Below, in pieces: positions 51,991 to 64,000 of a stretch of DNA of 64,000 nt. Within the stretch, counting starts at the first letter, position 1. Each line of letters opens with the position of its first letter. The stretch spans positions 53,506,001 to 53,570,000 of the forward strand of contig OZ024740.1 in NCBI GenBank assembly GCA_964016885.1, in the 5' to 3' direction. The DNA comes from Eledone cirrhosa. Lineage: Eukaryota. Made by a program: the position numbers and the translations under genes. Below the pieces are notes generated by a model. The model had not been told where the DNA came from, made no database searches, and saw only the letters and a list, made by a program, of their open reading frames with translations.

Positions 51991-54900
51991 GTATGTGTAT
52001 TTGTGTTTGCATAGGATGCATGTGTATGTATGCAATTGTTATTTCCAGTGTGTTTACTCGTGTTTGTATGAAGCTCTGCATACTTATTTAAATGTTTCTA
52101 TCCGCTTATTATAGTAAAGAGTACTTATGTATCTTACGTATGTGAATGTATATGTGTGGTGTGTGTGTATGTATTCTTGTGTGTTTGTTAGTGTGTACGC
52201 CCTCGTTTTACTGTGTATTTATGTTTTCAGGTTTATTATAGAAATGTGTGTTTATGGGTGTTTCATTGTTGTGTTTCGTGTATCTCTGGTAATATAGTGT
52301 GGAATATATATAAATTAAGTAGAGTCATTGTCCTATTTATTCAATACAATAGCACATATTTGAGGTAAATAGAATGTATATTCAGTAAACATTTGCATGG
52401 ATGTGCATGTGTGTCTGAGTGTATGAGTGTACATGTGTGTGTTTGTGTGTGTATGTGAGTGTGTGTGAGTTTGTGTGTGTGTGTGTGTCTGTGCATGTGA
52501 ATAGATGTGTAAAGTAATATCATTCTACATTCATTTAAAGTGTTAGTATGCATTGTAAATAATGAAAAGGACATTGTCATTCTAAGTATGTAAGAAAATA
52601 ATAACCTTTCAGCACAGGTGTACTAAAGAAAACTGCTTAGGTTGACCTTTTTTATACACGTCGAACATTTTCTAAATCTCCACACAAGAAAGTTGTGTTA
52701 AACAGATTTATGTGTGACGAAAAACTGTCAATGTGTGTAATTGGACTTAATCAGGCATAAGAACTTACAGGAGGTATATTGTCATATGTATTCATTGGTC
52801 GAGGCTGGTATTGCCTTCTTGCGTTGATTCAGTGTGGTTAACAACCAGTGTGTTTAACACCGAGCAGTAGCGTTCCTTAAAGAAGCAGTGACCCTTCTAG
52901 AGAAGTATAAACGTATATGAAGACCCTTTCAGAGTACTTTGTTACTATTTAATAGTAGTCTCTGCATTAAAAGCCGATTTAAGTCTTTCGTTGATAATGC
53001 ATCTTGGCAGAGGAATTGTCAGAGTGTAAATTTATAAGAGAAAACGAAAAATATAAAGTAAGATAGATATAACATAGAATATACGATTCAACTAATGGAC
53101 AGACTTATTTAAACATGGCTCAGAGCTAGCAAAAGGAATAGCAATTATAAAACACACAGACAAGAATTGCTTTGACTTAACTTTGACACGTTCTGTTAGA
53201 CTTTTCTATGAATAGATTGAACATCATTCAACAACATGAACTTTGTCATCATAGAGACATATAATCACTGAGAGTGTTTGGTTAAGGTACAGAAGAGCAA
53301 TGATTCTCTTTCTTTCTCATACATACAAACACTCACATATATAAATATGTCCATTGACTTCGAATGTTAAGTTAATATTTTGTTTTATTTAAGTACCCCT
53401 AACTTTATGCATTTGGGGGGATTAAGTATTGCATTGTTAATACAAATGTCCATCACATTTTCTTACTAGAGACAAAAACATACACGGATATTTCGGTAAA
53501 ATAAGCACTGCTGTATGGAATATTAATATATTCTTTTTAAACAATCCATACTATCCTATAAGGTCAAAACATTTGATATGATGTTTATGCTTTCTTTCTT
53601 TAATGATTCAGAAACGGAAACAAAATTGCACATTTTGTTCACTGGAAACGTACATGTAGTTTACACATTCACTACAATATAATGATAAATATACCATATA
53701 GTTAATCGAATGCTTGTAATTTTACAATCATAGTTGCGTATGAGACTAGTAAATCTAGGTCTATCGATTTTACTGCAATTGTTATATCGACTCTTAGATT
53801 GGTGATAGAAACAAATCAGTCTCATGGGATTTTTTCTCGGGAATTGAATGGACTGATTTCCTACGTTGAACCAATCACGTAAATGTGATTGCCGTTATTG
53901 TTTTTAGTTAGACCCAGGTGAACCACACTGATCAAACACAGATTTGAAATTCTAACCGTGTGTATGCCTTCCTTTGGGGATATCTAGGACGATGTATTCT
54001 TGCCAGCTTTAAAGATAATACAGTGTGATCTGAGGTAAATGTAGTTGCTATTTTTACCCGGACAAGCGATAACGTAGAGTATCACAAGCTGTACTTCAGT
54101 ATTTGTCGAGGTCTTTTCTTTTTTATCGAATACAAAGTGATACAAGGAAAACATGACCCCAGCATGAGTTGAATTAACAATGGTAGCGTGGAAACTAAAC
54201 ACCAGGAAAAAATTTGTTTCTGCAATCTATTGTTTCTGTCATCTAACTCGCTGAAATTAGAGCATAAAGATTAGAATTAATTACTGAAATGCATTTGATT
54301 TGATGCTCTACAATATTGATATATTTTGGATAAGGCAAAGGCTATACTTTATTGACTATAATTCAGTATATTTTGGGCACTTCATATATGTGCTTGTTCA
54401 CTCATTATGAGGTCAGCCAGCTCGTACCAGTAAGCCACACACGGTGATCAGAGATGTCCGACGTTGGTATTTCCAGTCACTTATGATTCCAACGGTGGAC
54501 ACCATGCTTTTAGTTGCTCACTTCCTCGGTTTTACACTACACTTGAAAAAGCTATGATGCAACTGTATCTCGGATGAATTTAACTCGTGGGTGACAAAGT
54601 GCGTAGGCAAATCGAGGGAGGCGCATTTCAAGTGTGAGATATTGGTGTTTATTGATGGTGTAGGGATGATGAATTTCGGAGCTTGGCACAGGTGATCAAA
54701 TAAATACTTCCAGCTTGCATAAGTTCATCATTTTCGTTGGTCAGATCTCACAGACATATAGAAGGTTTGTGTGAACGAGCACTCAGTTGATTAATAAGGG
54801 CGTTGCTATTCATTAACTCCCAATCAGAATAAATCGGGATAAATATATATACTATAAAGCAGTTAGTCAAATACAGAGGCGAATGGTCTGTGTAAATAAT

Positions 54901-56359
54901 GTATTCGACTATCAGATCACGTTGTCTTCACCCGTAATCCACTAGTGGAATGTTTCTTAGTGCTTCTAATCTCTTCAAAACTTTTCTATTTTTATACAAG
55001 AAACCTTCTATAATCTTGTACCTTTACGTGTTGCTTCTCTCTCCATAACTTTGACTAGTAAGATTAAAAGTATACTTCTTTGATGATGTCGTAATAAGGT
55101 CAAAGTGCGTTCAGAATTATTTAGAGTATTTTCTGGAATAATTGAAATGATATTAATTATAAATTAATATTGATTTTTACTCACTACTTAATTATTTCTT
55201 ATTGGCTTTTCAATAAATCTTGGGTTAACACTCACCTAACTATTATCGTTCGTGCAAATGGTATGATTAATTAATATATTCTCTAAGCCATTATATTTTC
55301 TACACAAACCAGTGTACAAATCCTGCACATTTACTGAGTTACTCTCTGATTACTATTGAGACAAGTCCCGTTAGACGTATAGCAATTGTTTCTACGTTTT
55401 GGCACAAGAACAGCAATTACCCCAGTGCGTTACTCGTACTTTATTTTATTGAACCCGTAAGGATGAAAGGTGGATCGCAGACAGGGTCATTAATACCTAA
55501 ATTAACCAAGAGTGCTTTACATACATGCCGAATTAATTAAATGGACATTGACACCATCAAATCATCAAATGGATAATGAACATCCTTGTTTTCGCTCGAC
55601 CTGCTAGAAATACTGGTGACATATCTCTGAAACGCCAGAAAGAACCTTTTGGTCAATGTACACCCAGATATAGAATAACATGCTGTAATACATTTGATCA
55701 TATATCTGTACGAATTGTGCCGACCGAGGGCTAAATATCAACTACAACTACAATGACTTCATTCAGTTGTAGACCTTTGCAACAAATAAGGTAGGTATGG
55801 CTGAATAGTTAAAAAGTTCATTTTGGTTTAATGTGATTCCAGTTAGAACACCATTGCGTGGCATCTTGGTCAAATTTCCTTACCTTAACCTCGAGTCTAC
55901 GCGAGTCTTGTTGGTGAAAGGGAACAGACTGAAACAAAGGAAGTCCGTTGAATGGATTATACTTACAATTAAAAGGTTCACCCTTGTCAAATATTGCGTT
56001 ACATTGATTCCTTCTGAGAGTCGGAATGCTCACCGTCAAACTGATGGAGAATCTATAATTGCAGCAAGTAGTATCTAATCTAATAATTGGCTAACTACCT
56101 TTCTAGTGACGTTAATCTCTTAGAAAGTAAAAATACAGTTTAAGTTACCGGTTTCTTAATTTCTCAGTAAATACCTAGCAGTTGAGTTCATACCTCCTTA
56201 AAGTAATAAGAATTATGAATGTCGGTGGAAAAGAATGGTAAGATATACAATAAAAACACTGCGGAAACATCATTGTAAAGAAGTGCATAAGAATAGCGAT
56301 AAGAAAGAAAGCGAGTATTTATCAAAGATGTGCGTGCACACACACACACACGCACATAA

Positions 56360-56390
<31 letters not shown>

Positions 56391-56391
56391 T

Positions 56392-56503
<112 letters not shown>

Positions 56504-57239
56504 ACACATATATATATATATATATATGAATGTTTATGTGGTGTGCGAGTGAGATATATAACACAAAAGTAATTGTCTAAGAAAGAGAGAATCAGATGCG
56601 AAATGTTAGAAAGAGGTGGCGTTGCTGGTAATAATGGTTCTGGTGGTGTTGGTGCTGGTGGTGTTGGTGCTGGTGTTGTTGTTGATTCTAATGGTGAAGG
56701 TGTGGCTGATAAGGGTGATGATAGTTTTGGCGAGTAATGTGATGATGGTGGATATGATATATTTTGTTTTATTTTATTTATTTTTTTATCAAAGTCAAGA
56801 GGTATGACATCTATCACGTTTGCATCGGGTTAGCTGTTAAGCTGCTACACCAAAACTGGGCCACCAGATATAAATGGTTGGAGTAATAAGCCATCCCGCA
56901 TCCGCGCTTCATAACCAATGAAACCGTTTAAGATTTGCACCTGCTTAAAACACTTCAGCAGTTTTCATCGTATTGTTTAAGAAAACAAAGATATGTATGA
57001 GTGAGGCAGGGGTTGTTTCCATTTAAGTTGGCCTTCGCTAAGAGGATGTAAGAGGAAGTGTCGCTTTGACGTAAATGCACCTAAGTGGAAGAAGGGTGCA
57101 TGCAAGTGTTAGCGTCGTGCCCTATTATTAAATAGTTTAGTTTGTTCTTTATCCTACTAATAGTCATCCCATTATCTTAATATGATATTTGTGGTCTCCT
57201 TGCTACACTGTAACTTCTTCAATGTCGCTCACCTAACAG

Positions 57240-57263
57240 CTACTACTACTACTACTGGTGCTG

Positions 57264-57358
<95 letters not shown>
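57240..57358. repeat. (TAC)n microsatellite
   Basis: Direct observation. Confidence 0.95.
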
Positions 57359-57359
<1 letters not shown>

Positions 57360-57872
57360 ACAGAAGCATTGTAAGTTTAAAATGAGTGGTGTCGAGGTAA
57401 TGTCAAAGACAAGTGTTTCGAACAGAAAATGAAGGGTCAGTTATGTTTCAGAGATGGTTTCTTATGGGTTAGATAAAACTATTTATCTCGTGTAATTTTA
57501 TGTATTTTCTTGAGAATGGTTGCTTAACGAATTCTGCTATGGGATCCGATTACACATAAGAAAAGTTAGAAACTTTCAGCGAAATGCTATTTCATGTTAA
57601 ATATTTGATATTAGTTCTGCAAATTATAATGTCTGAATGAGAAACATATTTCCTACATCAGAGAACATAGATGCATACGGATGTATATTTCATTAAATTA
57701 TTAAATATGGAAAATGACGGGAAATATGAATTATAATTATATAAGATTAGGTATCGTTTAGATATGTAAAATATGACTTATCTTGCTCAATATCTATCAC
57801 ACCCACCCACCCCCACACACACACACGCACACCTATATCTATATCTTTCTATCCCCCTCTCTTTCTCTCTCT

Positions 57873-58013
<141 letters not shown>

Positions 58014-59329
58014 TAATTTCATTACTCTCTTCCAATTAGTTTGGCAGAAATATATTAACCGCTCGTCTCTCTGACACAAACATTTAACCAATGAATGGTG
58101 AGTTGCATTTGGTCAGAACAAAAATATGTGAGACTTCGAATATAATTTGAGTTATAGACTTAATCTGTCAACTTGCCTTTGGTTTATTTAGCTATTTTCA
58201 TTCTGTTACAAGCTTTTGAGGCAAATATCTTATCTAAGAATGACTTTCTTTCTCCCACCTATCTTGGAATCATCGAAAAATGCCGTGGACACCAGCTTTC
58301 ATTTTCTGGCTGAGCCGTTAAAAGGAAAAAAAAAAAAAATACTTCACTCTCCTACGTTTCATGAGGTTCGATGAGTATGCTAGTAGTTAGAAGCATTACT
58401 GTGTGTTTTCTTGACTTACTGTATTGGGTGTAAATAATTTTATAGACGTAGTTAATAACAGCTTTGGCCGATAGTCTGCTAAACCGAGGTTGATTCTACC
58501 GTCATATAGAAATGATTTGAGTAATCAACCAATTTTATAATTACATGATCAATCCGATTCAAAATTAATCAATTAATGGTCGATATAAGAAATCATATTT
58601 TAAACACAGCTTTTTTCAAAGCTGAAATTTATATCAGCGTTGAATCGATTATAAATATTAAATAATACACATGAAAGCTTCCGAAGCTCAATGATTTAAA
58701 ATTCAGATAAGGAAAACCTATTTGCAGTAATTCATGTAAAGTGAATAGATGGAGGTAGTAGAGTTATAAGATTCTACATGGTAGTATTAACACAACGCCC
58801 GGTTTATCAAACAGCTCACCCTTGAGTCTCTTTAGTGGAAGTTATCTGTTGCAGTCATTTGGAATAGATCTAGGACATTTCATGCCTATGATTTTCCCGC
58901 AAAAGCTGACGAGTTCAGGATTGGTATCAACCATATTAATCCTAAAAGTCTTAGAAGGGAATGGATTCTGCATCTTCTCTTCAGACTAACTAAAAATAAC
59001 ACATGACGATATTATAGAGCTGGCGCTGTGTAACATAGGAATAATACTACTAATATCTCTAGATCTGTTGGAATATCGATAGCTAAGGGTTTATACAATA
59101 GACAGATTACGGTACTAACAGCAGGCTTTTTATCTGCTTGTCTCTAACCCTATCAACTCTTTTACTTGAACTCATCATCTCTTGTTTTCAGCTTCGACAA
59201 TGCTTTATATCGTTTACATTCTTAGTTAATTTCTAGAGAATACATAAATGTTGAGAAACTAGTTTGTCAATCAAGAAGTGGCGCATCAGCAATCCAAGTC
59301 AGTCATTGTCTTCATAAACGTAACAAACA

Positions 59330-59545
59330 ACTTGTGGGGGCCTTACGTAGTCACTTGATCTGCTAGAAATAACAGCTAAATTCCTTCAAATGTTTTCCTA
59401 TTGTCTTTAAAACCAGAAACATTAGTTAATATGATGCTAATGTCTCTGTTTCTGAAAAATAAAGATGGGATGGTCACGGTTGAAACACCTTTTATTTATC
59501 CGAGTTAAGCTTGCTCAGAGCTAACAATAACTACTATAACACTAC
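59330..59545 (+). mobile_element. Degenerate dispersed repeat (SINE 3' part); relatives near 20040-20330 (minus), 31950-32110 and 55590-55750
   Basis: Shared CTGCTAGAAAT...GGATGGTCA.GG.TGGAA...GCTAAACAAC-like motifs. Confidence 0.5.
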
Positions 59546-60482
59546 TAATGAAGCTAAGTTAGTTACAAATGCATCCAATAAATAGATTCCGAGATTCAGC
59601 TCACTAGTGTTAAGAGTAGGAGCATAGTATAATCAAAGAATATTTTCTTAGCTGGTAATACTGAATTAAAATTCTCTCAATGTTCTTGGGAAGCCAGCTT
59701 AGAATTCTGCTTTAAAGCTGTGAAAACTCCTCACGGAGAAATTGTTTTTACTCTATGAAGTTCTCGTTTCACTTGAATAATCTACTCTACAAACTGACCT
59801 TACAGGTTAAGAAGCCACCAGCCACGTTTATTATAGATGTTTGTATTTTGATATAAACGATTGCATCTAAACTTTCTCTTAATTGTCTTCAACACCCCGA
59901 CAGTGTTTAGAAAAAAATCGTGAATAGCTTTTCAAGTACGTTTTCTTTCTACCGGTGTAATTAAAAGTTGTTGACAGACCCTCATGTTTAGCAGTAACTC
60001 AATTCAAAGAATGTCTTTTTGTCTAGTAAGTTTTCTTAATCAAATAAAAACAAAGACAACACGCACACAGAGATACAAAAGATATTCAGCTGGTAATAGT
60101 AGAATACAGGTAACATTGTGTGTCTAGAGTTTCATTTTCCCATTCAACAACATTGGCTATTCTTATCTGAATCATCGAATATGTAATTTGAAAGTATTCG
60201 CATCTGATAAAAAAAAAGAAGTAAAAGGTGACGAATATCCTGCTGGTGGAGTTGTACTACTTAAAAGTCAAGAGAGACAAGAGTGTTTATAAAGAAGCAA
60301 CAACACAATTAACCCACATAGTTAAGTTATAAAAATCAAGCTGTAAATTATGATTCGTGCATGTGGCTAACAAATAACTCCGTAGAAATGTCCTGGCTAT
60401 ACGGTCGATTTCATTGTTACGTTCTGATTACTATTGAATTAATTTTTCATAATTTCTTAATATATTTTTTTTACTAGTGTGG

Positions 60483-61440
60483 TCAGTAGAGAGGAGCTGT
60501 GTCTATGACCTTCACATGTTTTCTGAGACTTGTCAGATTGAAGTGCTTAATGAAGCTCGTGAACATTTGCGAATCAACAGCTGCAGGAAATACATGTGAA
60601 AGGAGAGAATTGAAGAATGTAGATGTCGTTGGGAGGTATGACTGGGTATAGTTGTTAGTGCAAGCCCAGGGAGAGGATTTCATAGAGGAAGTTTACAGAA
60701 GAGTGTAAGGAAGAGCGAAGATTCGTATTGTATTGGAGTGGACGTTGCTGGAAGTAATTACAAGAAGGTTCATGTAAGCAGTGTAAGGTTCAATTTTAAG
60801 AGGAAAGCGGAATGTTTCTGCCAGCATCCTGTATAATATTAGTGCCATGGAAGAGAGATGCTGTTCTCAAGGCAAATCTAGGTGCTGAAGACAAAGAACT
60901 AATGTATCTGTTCTGTGGGCATTACGGCCCGCGGAGTAAAAATAAACTTCTTGGCCAGTCAACACTGGACAGATCAGAGTGATACTGATGTGCATGCATT
61001 CTAGCAAAGTCTGAGCGTTCCTGATCGGTACAATATTCTAGAACAGATGATCTCGCTCTAGTACGGATGTGTCTATTCGGCGATTCCGCCTGCTGCTGTT
61101 TTCGTTTAGTCGATAGGGGAAAATAATTTTCCGTCTATTTGTTGGTTAGATTCGGAAAAGACGTGCTCGATGCGACAGAAAGGATTGGAGACAGGGGCTA
61201 ACCCCTGTGCCGGGCCGCCCATAGACTGTTGCAAGTTGCGAGAAGAGGGGGATTTTAATGTGGACAGAGATAAACAGATTTCATCGAAAAGTAAATGAAA
61301 GTAGCGAACAGGACTTAAATGAATCACCCTGTTCTCAGCGTGTGCATCTGATGGAAAATGATTGCTTGGAAAGAGCACTTATCCTTGATAGTCAGTGTCA
61401 TCCTGAATCTATATTGGACCTATGTAGTGATCCAAATCTC
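60483..61440 (-). mobile_element. Highly degenerate L2/CR1/Jockey-group LINE RT C-terminal fragment
   Basis: CTNNYTQSYLPTTSTFFNSLLSHVFP..MF resembles the RT..SF.PRT..LWNSLP..VFP C-terminus; upstream extent uncertain. Confidence 0.55.
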
Positions 61441-61859
61441 CAGTGACTAAAGCAAACGCATATATACTATGTATAACATATTTTTGTTTGTTTCTCTCTT
61501 CATTTATCCAATATCATTGTAAATTCCACACGTTTAGTAATCATGCCCCACCATATGTTATTTTCAAAGACGGGAAAGAGGCGAATGAGTGGAGTCGTCT
61601 ATTTCAACGTGAGTAGAGGATTTTCACCCGGGTTACCCAATTTCGGCTTCATATATTAAAATCATATGTTGTTCAATAATATACATAGTTTTAGTGTTAA
61701 TTGTACAACGTTCTTACTTCTCACCTCGTTTTTCTTTACATTGTTTTTTTCCATCCTAACACATTAGTCTTCATCAGTATGAAACTTAGTGTTATGGGGC
61801 ATGTTTAATGTATCTTAATAAATATTACGTATATTGACCGTTGAAATCCGTTGCAAATT

Positions 61860-61932
<73 letters not shown>

Positions 61933-62180
61933 TATGCAACTAAGGCCGCACATTGCCCTAATTTGTAATTCATTAGACATGGATAGTTCAAAGCCAAATT
62001 TGAACCCAAGACAAATATAAGCCAAATTCCTATACTCGACCTTAATATCATACGATACCGCTGAAGAGAGAGCTAGATCTTTCCAAATGTATACCCATCT
62101 CTAGTCTAGTATATCACTGGTATGGGGAAGACAGACCTTATCAAGATACAGCCGCCGCATTACGCATTATGTAGTTGGTA

Positions 62181-62211
<31 letters not shown>

Positions 62212-62239
62212 CAACTAGAAATTGATTGACACACACACA

Positions 62240-62378
<139 letters not shown>

Positions 62379-62384
62379 CCTTCT

Positions 62385-63078
62385 TCTACACATCCTCTAC
62401 CGGTGCCATGACAATATTTCTCCCTCAGCTCACCCTATCTAGCATTGCCATCTGAATTTCTCATGCCTCCATCTCGGTGACATCCTCTAATATATCAGCG
62501 TTGTGTTTGGTATCCCAACTCGTCTGCACACATCAGGTTTCCAGGACAGACTCTGCCAGGACGTTCATCGTGACATTTCACATGTCCGGCTAATGCAGCC
62601 TCCTACACCTTATGATGTCAGAAAGGCGGAGGTGTGATCCGTAGAGTGATTACCTTGCTACGTGTGTTCTCCAGGATATGCTCTTGACTGTACTCAGCGT
62701 CCGGGTGTGTTATCTTGTCTGGGTCTAAGACTCACATCCGTAGAGGAAAATGGACTCGACCGTTGCGTTGAATAACCTTATTTTTGTGGTCTTCTTGAAC
62801 GTATATACTCACACTTTTGATAGGGAGTTGAGAAAACCCAATGCTTTGCCTATCCTGGTGTCCACGTCCTGCTCAGTATTCATAAAACTACAAAGTTACA
62901 AGAAGTCATCGAAGTCCTCTAGCTCCGAACCGTCAGCGCAACCATTTGTTTATTTGACGTTGTACTGAGGTGCATGGATTTTGTTTTGCCAGTATTTAAG
63001 AAGAGTCAAATGGAATGTGCAGCAGCCTCCACCATGTAGTGCTTCTTCAGCTTCTTTGCAGGTGTTTTCCAGGGGAAA
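62385..63078 (-). mobile_element. RTE-clade LINE 3' segment
   Basis: LENTCKEAEEALH; DGSELEDFDDFL*L; EQDVDTRIGKA; KIRLFNATVESIFLYGCES. Confidence 0.85.
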
Positions 63079-63169
63079 ATCCGTACTAGAGAGAGATCAG
63101 CTGTTCTAGAATATTCTACATATCAGGAACGCTCAGACTTTGCTAGAATGCATGCAAATCAGTCTAACG

Positions 63170-63805
63170 CTGGTCTCCCCAGTGCTGTTACGTCAAGAAG
63201 TTTATGTCATCTGGAGAATGTGATATATATCCAAGGAAAAGACCGCCTTGTGACTTGGAGGGGGCACCTCCACAAACAACTATCAGGTGACAATTATTGT
63301 GAGCATTGTCAGCCAGACACAGCGTTTGAACCAATATTTGAAGTCCATCCAGAGATAAACATCACTGAATTCACCATAGAAGAGGTCGTCAATGCACTAA
63401 AAGCAATGAAACCAGGCAAAGCTCCTGATATTGATGGCTTAACTGTAGACCTATGGAAACTATACAGAGCTCGCACGTTTCTAAGAGACATCTACATCGA
63501 AACCTTTGAAGGGCACTGACCCGGGGAATGGTGTTTATATTAGGAATAGTACCAATACCGACGAAAGGTGACCTTACCATATGCACCAACTATAGAAGCA
63601 TCAGTCGTACGCAAATTGCAGTGAAGACTTACAATAGGATGATCATGAATAGGATCAGACCAAGTATCGGCAACACCCTATGTTCCAGCCAAAATGGATT
63701 TCAGCCATTTCACTCTACCGCATCACACCTTTGAACAAAGAAGGGGTGTTGAGGAGGTACGAAATATCAAGAAGGAGGCACCAATTTTATTCATAGATTT
63801 TAGAA

Positions 63806-63808
<3 letters not shown>
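63170..63808 (+). mobile_element. RTE-clade LINE RT N-terminal segment (inverted 5' part)
   Basis: FTIEEV..ALKAMKPGKAPDIDG; IVPIPTKGDL..CTNYRSIS; RIRP..QNGF; LFIDF. Confidence 0.92.
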
Positions 63809-63870
<62 letters not shown>

Positions 63871-64000
63871 CCAGATTTAATAACAGAACACACTCACTGT
63901 TTGGTTGGTTTTCGCTTCTGTATCTTTTATATCAGTTAATTTATTTGGTCCTCAACGTTTACCATTGACTGACCAACGGTAAAAAATACAGATATAATAT

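Noticed and set aside
55818-56078. Overlapping 73-aa and 81-aa ORFs in unique DNA
   Set aside because: No recognisable domain or convincing splice-site pair.

Overview
Eukaryotic, very AT-rich DNA saturated with microsatellites and containing no intact protein-coding gene. The SINE families resemble those I recall from octopus, so this is probably cephalopod intronic or intergenic sequence (inference). Almost all ORFs in the track are translations of (TA)n, (CA)n or (TAG)n repeats. The real content is mobile DNA: a 3.9-kb internally deleted Helitron with both termini (23-aa repeats, PHD-like finger, Pif1 C-terminus, nested piggyBac-like 5' end), further Helitron ends, RTE/L2/Tx1-type LINE fragments (two with 5' inversions), many tRNA-derived SINEs and two mariner-type MITEs. 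The most notable signal is about a dozen type I hammerhead-ribozyme motifs from several Penelope-like retroelement families sitting in (TA)n tracts. Several families share an ACTC...GAGT hairpin tail, and several copies break or fold back at the ribozyme stems. One family forms a ~1.65-kb spacer-less palindrome. All folds, translations and alignments were done by eye, and boundaries of degenerate repeats are approximate.
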